64,000 nucleotides of DNA from contig JAJUIB010000008.1 of assembly GCA_029265615.1 (NCBI GenBank), forward strand, positions 40,256 to 104,255, in the 5' to 3' direction. The DNA comes from Spirochaetota bacterium. GTDB lineage: Bacteria > Spirochaetota > Spirochaetia > Treponematales > Rectinemataceae. Below, piece by piece: positions 14,912 to 25,489 of the stretch (positions within the stretch are counted from its first letter, which is position 1; the number at the start of each line of letters is the position of its first letter). The notes beneath the pieces were generated by a model that worked only from the letters and a program-made list of their open reading frames with translations, searched no databases and was not told the origin of the DNA. The translations under genes were made by a program, and so were the position numbers.

Positions 14912-17034
14912 GTGGGAAGCACTACCGCGCCCGATTTTTCATCATTCTTTATGCTCGGGGAGGCCGCGACTTCGAGGAGGTCGCCGGGGTTGAAAGCGGC
15001 GTCTTCCCGCGCCCGCCGCAAGAGCGTGTAGCCGAGGCTCGAGCAGGCATACTGGCCACTTGCGCCCTCGGGAAGGGCAAAGGGCTCGGAAACAACGCGA
15101 ACGAGGATGCCCCGGTTGGCACGCGCGCGGCGTTCCTTGTCCGAGGCGTGTAGGGGTTCCGGCACGAGGCTCGGGTTGCGCTGGGCTGCGCCTCGCGCGG
15201 CCCAGAGGTAGGAGAGGACGGCGCGCTCCTTGGGTAGACCCGCTTCTGCGGAAAGGGCTTTGAGCCAGGCGGGAGCTCGTTCTGCATCGACGCCGAAATG
15301 GCACCAGGGGAATTTGTCGCGCTTTTTGGGCATCACGACGGGCTGAAGGACGAAGCGCGAGGGCGCGGCGTTCGGGTCGCCTTTGGTGACGCGGGTTGCT
15401 TCGGGCGGAAGGAGGTGGCGGAAAATGCCCGGCATGGGGCAGGCCAGGGCATGGGGGCAGGGGCCGAGCGGCGAGGCGCCCTCCGCGATGAGCGCGGCGC
15501 GGAGGGCTGCGATAAAGGCGCCCGAGCGCGGATCGCCCGGCTCCATCACGAAGAGGCTACCGTTCTCGCGTAAGTAGGTAAGCAGGATACGCGCCGTTTC
15601 AATGGCGCGTTCTCCGAGGGGCCGTTTGTCCTTCCAGAAAAACTCGTTGAAGACGTTCGCGGCGGAAAGGAGGTGCGCGCGCTCGGGGAGAGGTCCTCCA
15701 AAGCCTTCTTTTTTGAGTTCGATGCGCCAGGGGGGGAGCCGCCCTTCGGTGCGGAGGCAGAGTGTTTCGAAGATCGTTTTGCCCGCCTCGAGGATGCGTT
15801 CTACGCGGTCAAGACAGTAGATGGTGAGCGGCACTTCGCGAAGCTCGGGGCGCGAGGCATAGAGGGCTATGGGGAGGGTGAGCGGGCCTGAGCCGATGTC
15901 GACGACGACCGCATTGTCGGGCAGGCAGAAATCGGCGTTAGAGAAAATAGCAGACAGCCTAAATACATTCCAGGGCATGAAATAGCGGATGTAGGCCGAG
16001 AGTGCAGGCGGTGTGCCGAGGTAGTCGGCCGAGCGGTGCTCGCGTTCGGAGGTCAGTTCCTCCCAGAGTTCGCGGATATCGCCCTTGAGCCCCGCGCGAT
16101 GCTTGGGCGAAAGAGGAGATGCCTCGTCGATGACAGCGGCAAGGCGTTCGAGGGTGGCCATGCTTTCGCGGGAAGGTGTAAGCGCTTCAAGGACCCGGAC
16201 GGCGGGTTCCTGCGCTACGGGGGGCTCGCGCCGCGTGCAAAGGTCGTACCGTTCGCCGCGTGGCCCGCGGAAGCCGGGTGCAAGACCGGCCGCAGTATCG
16301 AAGGGATGGCGGTTTCGGGGCTGAGCGGGGCGGGATGCGCGCGGCGCGGCATGTATCCCTGTGAGCTGTCGCTCAGCACGGCGCTCAGCGGCTTTGCGCG
16401 CCCTGCGATCTTCGTGGCTTTCCTGTGCGGGGGCTTCGCGCTGTGCCGAACCGCTTTGCTCGCGGCGGGGTGCCTGTGCTTTTTTGCCCTTAACCGCGGC
16501 CTGTGCTTTCTTGCGCGGCATCGGCTCGCTCGGTTGCGTGTCGCTCAGCCTGTCTCTCTGTGTGTCGCCGCGCGCTTTGGCCTCTTTCCGCCGTTCGCGC
16601 CGCCGCTTCGACCTGCTTTTGGGGGTGGCACTCGCCCCCTCGGGTGCCGCCCCTTCGAGGGCCGCCCCTTCGGCCGGTGCGACGTCCGTGCTGCTCGCCT
16701 CGCCGTCGAGCGTACCGTCGGTGAAGGGGAGCTCCGGAACAGAAGAGGGCGAGGCGGTGCCGCTTTTGCGCGATGTGCGGCGGCGCGAGCGGCGGGGCGC
16801 TTGTGCGCTCGGCGTGCCGCTTGCGCTTTCTGCGTGCGCGGTCTGTTCTTGCGGGCTTGCGCTCCCAGATTCGGCCGCCGGCTCTTTCTGCGGCTCCTCA
16901 GCCCCCTCGGGGGCGCCTTCACGATGCTTTTTCACGGTGATGTCACTATAACACTTTACGGCGAAGCGCCACAATACAGCCCGCGCACGGGACTGCGCGT
17001 GTACGCGTTGCGTGTATGCGGCGCGTCGTGACAC
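14908..17034 (-). CDS. Rsm22-like SAM-dependent methyltransferase with a ~290-aa basic, low-complexity N-terminal extension (start uncertain)
   Basis: C-terminal 415 aa: FMPWNVFRLS...VVDIGSGPLTLPIALY (SAM motif I) and a CPHALACPM Cys motif. The N-terminal part is rich in R/K/S/A/P/E (RRSRRRTSRK, SRSKRRRERRKEAKAR). GTG at 17034; an alternative ATG lies at 16161 (MATLERL). Confidence 0.6.
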   Translation of the reverse strand: MSRRAAYTQRVHAQSRARAVLWRFAVKCYSDITVKKHREGAPEGAEEPQKEPAAESGSASPQEQTAHAESASGTPSAQAPRRSRRRTSRKSGTASPSSVPELPFTDGTLDGEASSTDVAPAEGAALEGAAPEGASATPKSRSKRRRERRKEAKARGDTQRDRLSDTQPSEPMPRKKAQAAVKGKKAQAPRREQSGSAQREAPAQESHEDRRARKAAERRAERQLTGIHAAPRASRPAQPRNRHPFDTAAGLAPGFRGPRGERYDLCTRREPPVAQEPAVRVLEALTPSRESMATLERLAAVIDEASPLSPKHRAGLKGDIRELWEELTSEREHRSADYLGTPPALSAYIRYFMPWNVFRLSAIFSNADFCLPDNAVVVDIGSGPLTLPIALYASRPELREVPLTIYCLDRVERILEAGKTIFETLCLRTEGRLPPWRIELKKEGFGGPLPERAHLLSAANVFNEFFWKDKRPLGERAIETARILLTYLRENGSLFVMEPGDPRSGAFIAALRAALIAEGASPLGPCPHALACPMPGIFRHLLPPEATRVTKGDPNAAPSRFVLQPVVMPKKRDKFPWCHFGVDAERAPAWLKALSAEAGLPKERAVLSYLWAARGAAQRNPSLVPEPLHASDKERRARANRGILVRVVSEPFALPEGASGQYACSSLGYTLLRRAREDAAFNPGDLLEVAASPSIKNDEKSGAVVLPT

Positions 17035-17053
17035 GGCGCATATGCGGCGCGCA

Positions 17054-17088
17054 TAAAAAGCCGCCGCCGGGTTTTATCCGGCGGCGGT
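17054..17088 (-). terminator. Intrinsic terminator downstream of tdh
   Basis: Minus-strand read CCGCCGCCGG-ataaaac-CCGGCGGCGGC-TTTTTAT. Confidence 0.6.
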
Positions 17089-17135
17089 GAAGTCTAGCGC
17101 TTGTTTCGGCCGCCTCGAGGGCGTTGATGCGGGCT

Positions 17136-18161
17136 TTAGTCGAGGCTCAAGACGACCTTTCCTGATTCTCCGGACAACATGGCGTCGAAGCCCTTCTGGA
17201 AGTCGTCGAATGTGAAGCGGTGGGTGATGACGGGGCTGATGTCGAGGCCTGAACGGATCATGGCTTCCATCTTGTACCAGGTCTCGAAGATTTCGCGGCC
17301 GTATATGCCTTTGAGGAAGAGTCCCTTGAAGATCACCTTGTCCCAATCAATGCCGGCGCCGTTCGGCATGATGCCGAGGAGGGCGATGCGGCCGCCGTTG
17401 TACATGGTGTCGAGCATCTGGGCAAAGGCCTGAGGGCTGCCGGACATCTCAAGGCCGACATCGAAGCCGCCGACCATGCCAAGCTCGTCCATGACCTTTT
17501 TGAGGTCTTCCTTGGCAACATTGACGGCGCGGTCGGCGCCGAGCTTTTTGGCGAGGGCGAGGCGGTAGTCGTTGACGTCGGTGATGACGACGTTGCGGGC
17601 GCCGTTGTGGCGGCAGATCGCGGCAGCCATGCAGCCGATGGGCCCCGCGCCGGTGATGAGGACATCCTCTCCGACCATGTCAAAGGAAAGGGCGGTGTGG
17701 GTTGCGTTGCCGTAGGGGTCAAAAATGGCGGCGACGTCGTCGGAGACCGCAGGATGAACGCGCCAGACATTGGTCGCAGGCACCGCGACATATTCGGCGA
17801 AGCAGCCCTGGCGGTTGACGCCGACGCCGCGGGTATTCGGGCAGAGGTGGCGCTTTCCCGCCTTGCAGGCGCGGCATTCACCGCAGACGATGTGGCCCTC
17901 GGCGGAGACGCGCTCGCCGAGTTTCCAGCCTGCGACTTCCTTGCCGAGCTCGACGATTTCGCCGACGAACTCATGACCGATGACCATGGGCGTTTTGATA
18001 GTGCGCTGCGACCACGCATCCCATTTGTAGATGTGGACATCGGTGCCGCAGATGGCGGTTTTCTTGACCTTGATAAGGACGTCTTTGGGGCCCACTGTGG
18101 GCATCGGGACCTCGTCCATCCAAAGGCCCACTTCGGGGCTCTTTTTCACCAGAGCTTTCAT
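17136..18161 (-). CDS. tdh: L-threonine 3-dehydrogenase
   Basis: The N-terminus [73 protein letters not shown] closely parallels E. coli Tdh as I recall it. Zn-ADH GHE motif present; 341 aa. Confidence 0.92.
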   Translation of the reverse strand: MKALVKKSPEVGLWMDEVPMPTVGPKDVLIKVKKTAICGTDVHIYKWDAWSQRTIKTPMVIGHEFVGEIVELGKEVAGWKLGERVSAEGHIVCGECRACKAGKRHLCPNTRGVGVNRQGCFAEYVAVPATNVWRVHPAVSDDVAAIFDPYGNATHTALSFDMVGEDVLITGAGPIGCMAAAICRHNGARNVVITDVNDYRLALAKKLGADRAVNVAKEDLKKVMDELGMVGGFDVGLEMSGSPQAFAQMLDTMYNGGRIALLGIMPNGAGIDWDKVIFKGLFLKGIYGREIFETWYKMEAMIRSGLDISPVITHRFTFDDFQKGFDAMLSGESGKVVLSLD

Positions 18162-18269
18162 GGGGTCTCCTTGTGCCTCGAGTATAGTACCGCTCTGGAA
18201 GGCTGTGAAGAGTAAGCTCGACTTTTGCCGTGCATGTTTTACTGGGTGATACGGAAAGACGCTTTGGGC

Positions 18270-19724
18270 TCATTTCCCAAGCACCAGGTCAAGAAGCGGG
18301 TCGCGGCCCTGGCGCCAGTCCTCGTAGCGCGGCTCGACGGCAAGGCCCGGGTCGGGGTAGATGAGGCCTTCCTTAAGACGGAGTCTTTTGCCCGCGGCAT
18401 AGCGATGGAAGGTGGTGGAGTGGCCGATGACGAGACCGGAGCGGGGCAGGGCGAAGCGGCCCACTTCGCCGTAGGAGTCGGGGCTCTCCGGTATGGCCTG
18501 TCCCGCGAATAGGGCGGGGGTCGATGCCATGAGGTCGACGGCGAGCCAGAGGCCGCTTGAAAAGGTGTCTGCACCGATGAGGACATAAATTTTACCCGCT
18601 TTTTTGAGCGCGGCAATGCCCGAAAGGCGATGGGCGAACCAGGTTCCGGGCGCCGAAGCTCCGCCACCGTTGTGGCGAAGGTCGATGATGAGGCGCTCGG
18701 CGCTGCCCCGCTCAAGTTCACGCAGGACACTTTTGAGGAGCGGGAGTGCTTCGTAATCGCAGGATGCGTATTTGAGGTAGAGCACAGGTCCATTTGGATC
18801 GGGAGCGCCTATAGGATTCAGGCGAATGTACCACCAAGGTGTTGTCCCTCGGGCGCTGAACGGCGCATTCCCCTCCCGCGCGGTGAGGAGCGCGGTCCGG
18901 GCGCTCGTTTCGCGAATGACGAGGTCGTATTCTGATGCATCCGCGGCTCTCATGCGGAAGCGGATGATCCTTAGCCCGTCGGGAGCCCGCGCCGCAAGGC
19001 CTAAGCCGGCCATAAGGCGCGCATCGGCAAGGAGGTTCCAGCGCGCTTCCCGCCGCGCAAGCTCCTTCGCATCCTCGGGGATGTTCGCCTCGATGGAGAG
19101 ATGATGGTCGAGGAGCGCGTCGAGCATCGGCGCCCCATCGGCTTCTGCTGAGCGGGCTGCTACGGGGACGAGGGGCGCGCGTGCAGGACCTTCACCCTGC
19201 GGCGGGACAATGCCGAGGAGGATATCGCCCAAGGCAGCGTTTGCGCTCACAGTTCCTGTGCCACCGATGCGTTCTATGCGGGCGCTTTCAGGATCGAGGG
19301 CGATAAGCCGGGTCTCGTAGCCCCCTTCGGCGGCAAAGGAGCGGAAGAAGGCACGGAAGCCGCTTGTCGGGTAGGCGTTGAGGGCGGTGTGCCCCTCGCC
19401 GACGAGGGCAAGTAGTCTACGCAGTTCGGCAAGGGCGTAGTCTGCGAGCGGGAGGTCCTGCGCGCTATCAGCGCGCAAGGAGGTGGCGCTTGCAGCAGCC
19501 TCGGCTACAAAACGCTTTGCCATCTCTGGATCGTCGCGTAAATGCGGGTTCCGCCGCATAAGCTCGCTTGCCAGACACTCAATATCCCGAGCCCAGTCCT
19601 CCGCGCTAAGGGCGTCAAGGTCCGCAGGATAGGGGCTCCATTGCACGGGGGTGGCGCAGGCTGCAAGCCCAAGGATGAGGAGGGCAGCGAGCGGCCCTCG
19701 CGCAGAGCGGCGGAGTTGTCTCAT
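18270..19724 (-). CDS. S41-family (tail-specific-protease-like) peptidase, probable lipoprotein
   Basis: Signal peptide and lipobox LLILGLAAC. S41-type motifs IIDLRHNGGGAS and YVLIGADTFSSGLWLAV. Confidence 0.7.
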   Translation of the reverse strand: MRQLRRSARGPLAALLILGLAACATPVQWSPYPADLDALSAEDWARDIECLASELMRRNPHLRDDPEMAKRFVAEAAASATSLRADSAQDLPLADYALAELRRLLALVGEGHTALNAYPTSGFRAFFRSFAAEGGYETRLIALDPESARIERIGGTGTVSANAALGDILLGIVPPQGEGPARAPLVPVAARSAEADGAPMLDALLDHHLSIEANIPEDAKELARREARWNLLADARLMAGLGLAARAPDGLRIIRFRMRAADASEYDLVIRETSARTALLTAREGNAPFSARGTTPWWYIRLNPIGAPDPNGPVLYLKYASCDYEALPLLKSVLRELERGSAERLIIDLRHNGGGASAPGTWFAHRLSGIAALKKAGKIYVLIGADTFSSGLWLAVDLMASTPALFAGQAIPESPDSYGEVGRFALPRSGLVIGHSTTFHRYAAGKRLRLKEGLIYPDPGLAVEPRYEDWRQGRDPLLDLVLGK

Positions 19725-19941
19725 TGGTCGATCCTTGTACGGCGCGCAGCGCTAGGGCCGGATGGCAAGGCTACGCGAAGTTCTTGAACTATACGCAGGG
19801 GGCCGCATCCCCGGAATCCCCCCTTGCGGGGATTCGCTAGGCAGGTGAAGAAAAAATTGCACCTTGGCCGACGAAATTTGGTGGTGCTGTTGCTCTTTTC
19901 AATGCTATTGTATCCGTATGTCCCGTACAGAAGGAGTCCGC

Positions 19942-22188
19942 ATGCAGCGCCGCTCGTCCATCAGTAGGAGACTTCTGCTCGTTTTTCTGCCGGCGATCGC
20001 CCTGGTGCTCGTGGGACTCATCGGGATCGTGTATGCGCAGAGTGCGGCCCTGGTTCGGGATCTTCTTGCGGATGCCGTGCTCGAGACCGCGGGTCGCCAC
20101 GCGGCGACCATCCAGTCCCGGCTCGGCGAGGCTTTCATTTCGGCGCGCTTTGTGGCGCAGCTCGTTGACGAGATCATCGAAGAGCCGCAGGCGCGGCGCC
20201 GCGCGGCGCTCGATGTGCGGCTCCGCAGGCTCCTTGAACGAAACGCGAACTTCGCCGGCGTGTGGACCACCTGGGAACCCGATGCGCTCGACGGCCTCGA
20301 TGCGCGCAATCGCGACAGCGCCTTTGGCAACGACGCGGGGCGTGTCGACATCACCTGGTTCCGCGGCGCCGACGGCTCGCTTAAGCGGAGGACAACGCCC
20401 GAGTCCGAAATTCTTACAGCCGACTATTACCTCGAGCCCAAGCGGACGATGCAGGAGACGCTCATCGGTCCATACTTCTACGAGTATGGCGAGGAGGGAG
20501 TGCCTCCCCTCTTCGAATCGAGCATCGTCGTCCCACTTCTGTCGCAGGATGCGCGCTTTAAGGGCGTTATCGGTATCGATGTCCCGCAGTCCTTTCTCCA
20601 GGCGGCGGTTGCGAGCATTAAGCCCTACGGCGACGGCTTCGCCGCGCTCTACGCGAAGGGGGGCCTCATCGCCGGGCACCGCGAGGCGGAGCTCCTTGGG
20701 AAAAAAATCGACGCTGAGGCAGGCCGCTTTGTTCAAGGTGATTTTGAACGTTACGCGAAGGCGGTCGAAAACCCCGAGGACGTCCGCTTACGGGTGGTCC
20801 GCGACGGCGTCCCCTCCATTGTTGCGACGCGCAAGTTCCGGCTCGGTTCGAGCTACACGCGGTGGACACTTGTCATCGTCGTGCCTGAAACAAAGGTGCT
20901 CGCGCGCTCGGGCGGTCTTGCGCTCACCATGGGGCTCTGGGGCCTTGTCGCCCTCCTCGCCCTCTTTGTCGTCACCCTTTTTGCCTCCCGTGCAATCGCC
21001 CGGCCGATCCGCCGCGTTTCGCTTGCGCTCAAGTCGGTTGCCGAGGGAGAGGGGGAGCTTTCGGCGCGGCTTCCTGCAGGCGCGCGCGACGAGACCGGCG
21101 AGCTTGCGCGCTATTTCAATGAATTTGTCGGGAAGCTTGAATCGACCGTGGCACGGCTTAAGGATGCGGCGCGGGGCGTTGCCGCCGTGGGCGAGGAGCT
21201 TGCGGCGAGCGCCGAAGAATCCTCTGCGACGGTGACCGAGCTCGAGGCGACAGTCCGTTCCCTCCAGGGCAAGATCGCCGCGCTCGACGGGAGCATCGTC
21301 GAGGTCGAGGAGGCCGTGGACGGTATCGCGCGGGGTATCGGGACGCTCGAGGACCTCGTGCGGCGCCAGACAGAGGGCGTACGCGGCGCCAAGGCGGTAT
21401 CGGAGGGCATTGTTCGCGAGCTTGGGGAGCTTGCCCGCTCGGCGGGCGGCCGCGGAGCCGCTACCGAGGCCCTGGCTATGCGTGCGCGGGAGGGCGAGGC
21501 AAAGGTGGGCGGTGTCCTCCGGGCGGTCAAGGAGATCGGCGGCTACGCCGAGCGCATCGCCGGCATGGCGGGCGTCATCAACGACGTCGCCGAGCGCACC
21601 AACCTCCTTGCGATGAACGCGGCGATCGAAGCCGCGCACGCGGGCGACCGCGGTCGCGGCTTTGCGGTCGTCGCCGACGAGATCAGGAAGCTCGCCGAGG
21701 CGACGGGCGGCAACGCGGCGACGATCGGTCGCGAGCTTAAGGCGGTCATCGCCAAAATCGACGATACCGCGGCCGGGGCCGAGGAGGCAGGCGGGGCGAT
21801 CCGCGCGATGAGTGAGGGTATGGGCGAGGCAGCATCGAGTTTCCGCGAGGTCGTAGGTGCCCTCGAATCGCTCGCGGTGCGCGGGAGTTCGGTCGGCAGC
21901 TCCCTCGACAGCCTAGTCGGGGCGACGGACGAGCTCGAGAGGGCCTCGGCGGACATGGGGCGCCGCTCCGCAGTCATCCGCGAATCGACCGCCGCGATGG
22001 CGCGGCTTTCCCGCGAGAGCCGCGCCGGATTCGACGAGATGGCGGTCGGCATCCGCGAGATGACGGGCGCCGCGGAGGCGCTCTCGCATCTCGGCCTTGA
22101 GAACGCGCGAAACACCGGCATACTCAAGGAAGAGCTTGGCCGCTTCAAGGCAGATGAAGCAGACCTGCGCGCGGCGGACGCGAAATGA
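19942..22188 (+). CDS. Methyl-accepting chemotaxis protein (dCache-like sensor, HAMP, signalling domain)
   Basis: ATG at 19942 preceded by AAGGAG at 19930-19935. Two TM segments flank a ~290-aa periplasmic domain. HAMP region ([26 protein letters not shown]). Signalling tip [36 protein letters not shown]. Confidence 0.85.
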   Translation: MQRRSSISRRLLLVFLPAIALVLVGLIGIVYAQSAALVRDLLADAVLETAGRHAATIQSRLGEAFISARFVAQLVDEIIEEPQARRRAALDVRLRRLLERNANFAGVWTTWEPDALDGLDARNRDSAFGNDAGRVDITWFRGADGSLKRRTTPESEILTADYYLEPKRTMQETLIGPYFYEYGEEGVPPLFESSIVVPLLSQDARFKGVIGIDVPQSFLQAAVASIKPYGDGFAALYAKGGLIAGHREAELLGKKIDAEAGRFVQGDFERYAKAVENPEDVRLRVVRDGVPSIVATRKFRLGSSYTRWTLVIVVPETKVLARSGGLALTMGLWGLVALLALFVVTLFASRAIARPIRRVSLALKSVAEGEGELSARLPAGARDETGELARYFNEFVGKLESTVARLKDAARGVAAVGEELAASAEESSATVTELEATVRSLQGKIAALDGSIVEVEEAVDGIARGIGTLEDLVRRQTEGVRGAKAVSEGIVRELGELARSAGGRGAATEALAMRAREGEAKVGGVLRAVKEIGGYAERIAGMAGVINDVAERTNLLAMNAAIEAAHAGDRGRGFAVVADEIRKLAEATGGNAATIGRELKAVIAKIDDTAAGAEEAGGAIRAMSEGMGEAASSFREVVGALESLAVRGSSVGSSLDSLVGATDELERASADMGRRSAVIRESTAAMARLSRESRAGFDEMAVGIREMTGAAEALSHLGLENARNTGILKEELGRFKADEADLRAADAK

Positions 22189-24464
22189 AGAAGAAAGGCT
22201 TGTCCATACGGGCGAAACTCCAGCTTGTCGTAGGCTCGGCGGTAGGCCTCATTCTCGCGGTACTGGTGTTTGTGGTCGAACTTAGGCTCTCGGCGGTGCT
22301 CACGAGTATTCTCGGCGAAGCCGCGGGCGAGAATGCCGCCTATTATTCCGCGCTCATAAAGGGCGAAGTGGAAAAGCCCTCGCTCTTCGCGACGAGCCTG
22401 TCGCAGCTCATGAGTTATGCGGCGGCGGCTCCGCGCGACGTGCGCCGCGCGGAGATCGACGCGCTTCTGACGCTCTATCTTTCGAAGAACGATAGCTTTT
22501 CCGCTGCATGGGCGTTCTGGGAGCCCGGCGCGCTCGACGGGCTCGACGGCGCGCGCCGCGAATCGGCGCTCGGGAATGACGCGGGTCGCTATGCCGAAGT
22601 CGTCTATCGCGACCCCAAGGGCGTTATCAAGCGCACCCAGGTGCGCGAGGCCGAGCTTGAGCGCCTTCCGCCCTACAAGGGCGCGCGTGATACGCGAAAG
22701 CCGGGTGTGTTCGGCCCCTACACGCGGGTGTACGGCGAGGGGGAGCTTCCTGCTCCCGTGACGAGCTTCGCCGTGCCGCTCGTCACCTCCGAGCTTAAGT
22801 TCCTTGGCGCCGTCGGCATCGACGTGTCCGCAGAGATCTTCCAGAACGTGATCGGCGCCGTGAACCCTTACGGCAAGGGCTTCGCCATCCTATACACGAG
22901 CGAGGGGCAGATCGCCGCTCATCCCGACGGACGCCTCGTCGGAGCCGAGCTCGAGGCGGAGCGGGGCGCCTTTCTGCCCGAAGAGTTCCCCGCATACGCC
23001 GAGCTTGTCGCCTCGGGTATCGAAGGCGCGACCTCGCTGTCCCGGAACGGCTTACGCTTTTTTGTTGCCGTACGCTCGTTCCGCATCGGCGAGGGGGTGA
23101 CAAGCTGGCGGCTCGCGGTGTTCATCCCCGAGGCCGCAGTCCTCGGCCGCGCGAAGACGGTGGTCGTCGCCCTCGCGGCCGCGGGCATCGCGGCGCTCGT
23201 CGCGGTGCTTGTCCTTCTTTTCTTTGCCTCGGCGCTCATAGTGAAGCCCGTGCGGCGCGTATCGGCGGCGATCAAGGACATCTCCGAAGGCGAGGGTGAC
23301 CTTTCGGTCCGTCTGCCCGCCGATTCAGGTGACGAAACGGGTGAGCTCGCCGCGCACTTCAACGACTTCGTCTGCAAGCTCGAGGCGACGGTGGCGAGCC
23401 TTAAGCGCGTGGGGCGGAGTTCCGCCGCGCTCGGCGCCGAACTCGCCGCAAGCTCCGAAGAGTCGAGCGCGACGATCGTCGAGCTCGATGCGACGGTGCG
23501 CTCGCTCCAGGCAAAAATTGCCTCGCTTGATGCGAGCATCAAGGAGGTCGATGAAGCGGTGGGGATCATCTCGAGCCGCATCGATGCGGTGGGAGGCCTT
23601 GTTCGCCGCCAGGGCGCGGCGGTCGAGGCCTCGCGCGGCGCCTCGAGCGCCATCGTCGCCTCGCTCGGCGACATGGCAAAGGCGGCGGCAGAGCGGGGGG
23701 CGGTCGCCGACGGCCTTGCCGCTCGCGCCCGCGAGGGCGAGGCGACCGTCGGCGAGGTTCTTGGCGCCGTGCGCGAGATCGGCGGCTACGCCGAGCGGAT
23801 CGCCGAGATGGCCGGCGTCATCAACAACGTGGCGTCGCGGACCAACCTACTTGCGATGAACGCCGCCATCGAGGCGGCGCATGCAGGCGAGCGCGGCCGC
23901 GGCTTTGCGGTGGTCGCCGATGAGATACGCAAACTCGCTGAAGAGACGGGCCGCAATGCGGCAAAAATCGGCCGCGAGCTCAAGGCGGTCATCGCGAAAA
24001 TCGATGAGACCGCGGCAGGCGCGGTCCAGGCGGGTGCCTCGATTCGTGCGATGACCGAGGGCATGGCATCGGCCGCGGCGAGCTTCCGCGAGGTCGTTGA
24101 CGGCCTTACGGAGCTTGCGGGTAGGGGGGCCGAGGTGGGCGCCTCGCTTGCGGCTCTCGTCGAGGCGAGTAACGAGCTTGAAGAGGCCTCGGGTGACATC
24201 GACCGACGCTCCGACGTTATCCGCGAGGCCGTGCTCACGATTGCGCGACTTTCGAGCGAGAATACGGCGGGCTTCACCGAAATGGCGGCGGGCATACGTG
24301 AGATGGCGAGCGCGGCGGACGCGCTTTCAAAGCTCGGCGCGGAGAATTCCCGCCAGGTGGCGGTGATGGACGAGACCTTGTCGCATTTCAAGACCGGCGA
24401 GGATCTGTGCGTTCCCGGGTCCGGGGCGGAGCCCGGCTCCGCCGAAAAAGAGGTTCGCCAGTGA
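22185..24464 (+). CDS. Methyl-accepting chemotaxis protein, tandem paralog of the previous gene
   Basis: Its ATG overlaps the upstream stop (ATGA at 22185-22188). Same architecture, with tip [36 protein letters not shown]. Confidence 0.85.
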   Translation: MKKKGLSIRAKLQLVVGSAVGLILAVLVFVVELRLSAVLTSILGEAAGENAAYYSALIKGEVEKPSLFATSLSQLMSYAAAAPRDVRRAEIDALLTLYLSKNDSFSAAWAFWEPGALDGLDGARRESALGNDAGRYAEVVYRDPKGVIKRTQVREAELERLPPYKGARDTRKPGVFGPYTRVYGEGELPAPVTSFAVPLVTSELKFLGAVGIDVSAEIFQNVIGAVNPYGKGFAILYTSEGQIAAHPDGRLVGAELEAERGAFLPEEFPAYAELVASGIEGATSLSRNGLRFFVAVRSFRIGEGVTSWRLAVFIPEAAVLGRAKTVVVALAAAGIAALVAVLVLLFFASALIVKPVRRVSAAIKDISEGEGDLSVRLPADSGDETGELAAHFNDFVCKLEATVASLKRVGRSSAALGAELAASSEESSATIVELDATVRSLQAKIASLDASIKEVDEAVGIISSRIDAVGGLVRRQGAAVEASRGASSAIVASLGDMAKAAAERGAVADGLAARAREGEATVGEVLGAVREIGGYAERIAEMAGVINNVASRTNLLAMNAAIEAAHAGERGRGFAVVADEIRKLAEETGRNAAKIGRELKAVIAKIDETAAGAVQAGASIRAMTEGMASAAASFREVVDGLTELAGRGAEVGASLAALVEASNELEEASGDIDRRSDVIREAVLTIARLSSENTAGFTEMAAGIREMASAADALSKLGAENSRQVAVMDETLSHFKTGEDLCVPGSGAEPGSAEKEVRQ

Positions 24465-25480
24465 GCGGTGATGAGGACGCACGGCCCCGCATCGCCCTCA
24501 CGATGGGCGACCCGGCGGGCGTCGGACCGGAGATCGTCGCTGCCGCGCTTTCTGACGAGGGCGTGGCGCGGGCCGCGCGCTGCCTTGTCTTCGGCGATGT
24601 TCGCGTGCTCGAGCGCGCGAAGCGGCTTGTCAAAGGCGCAGGGCCCTCATTCCGCTCGGTCGAGTCCCCCAGTGAGGCGCGTTATGCGAAAGGTGTTGTC
24701 GACGTCGTGCATCTTTCGAACGCCGATCCTGCGCTTTTCGAGCCCGGGCGTGTCTGTCCGCTGTGTGGGCGAGCCGCCTTCGAATATGTTGAGCGTGCGG
24801 TTGGCGCCTGCCTTTCGGGCGCTGCGGATGCGGTCGCCACCGCGCCGATCAACAAGGAGTCGCTGCGTGCCGCGGGGCTTTCCTATGTCGGCCACACGGA
24901 GATGCTCGCTGCCCTTGGGGGCGCCTTGCACCCCCTCACCATGTTCGAGACGCGTGGGCTTCGCATCTTTTTCCTGTCGCGCCATGTCTCGCTCCGCGAG
25001 GCCTGCGAACTTGTCACAAAGGAGCGCCTGTTCGACGCTCTTGTCGCCTGCGATGCCGCTCTCAGAGCACTCGGTGTTTCAGACGGTGAGATCGCGGTCG
25101 CCGGCCTCAACCCCCATTGCGGCGAGCATGGCCTATTCGGCGACGAGGAGGGACGCGCCATCGAACCTGCGGTGCTGCGCGCGCGCTCCCTCGGACTCCG
25201 CGTCGCGGGTCCCATTGGTGCGGACTCGGTCTTTCATCAGGCTAAGACCGGCCGCTACGCGGCGGTGCTCTCCCTCTATCATGACCAGGGGCACATTGCG
25301 GCAAAGACATTCGATTTCGAGCGAACCGTCTCGCTGACCCTTGGTCTACCGTTTTTGCGGACGAGCGTCGATCACGGCACCGCGTTCGATATCTCGTGGA
25401 CAGGGCGCGCGAGCCCCATCTCCATGATTGAGGCGATACTCGTGGCTGCGCGTTATGCGAAAGCGTTTCGCGCCGCGTGA
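24461..25480 (+). CDS. pdxA: 4-hydroxythreonine-4-phosphate dehydrogenase (PdxA family)
   Basis: [25 protein letters not shown] and [10 protein letters not shown] motifs. GTG at 24461 overlaps the MCP stop (GTGA) and is preceded by AAGAGG. The ORF-track start at 24407 lies inside the MCP gene. Confidence 0.85.
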   Translation: MSGDEDARPRIALTMGDPAGVGPEIVAAALSDEGVARAARCLVFGDVRVLERAKRLVKGAGPSFRSVESPSEARYAKGVVDVVHLSNADPALFEPGRVCPLCGRAAFEYVERAVGACLSGAADAVATAPINKESLRAAGLSYVGHTEMLAALGGALHPLTMFETRGLRIFFLSRHVSLREACELVTKERLFDALVACDAALRALGVSDGEIAVAGLNPHCGEHGLFGDEEGRAIEPAVLRARSLGLRVAGPIGADSVFHQAKTGRYAAVLSLYHDQGHIAAKTFDFERTVSLTLGLPFLRTSVDHGTAFDISWTGRASPISMIEAILVAARYAKAFRAA

Positions 25481-25489
25481 TGCGGCGCC

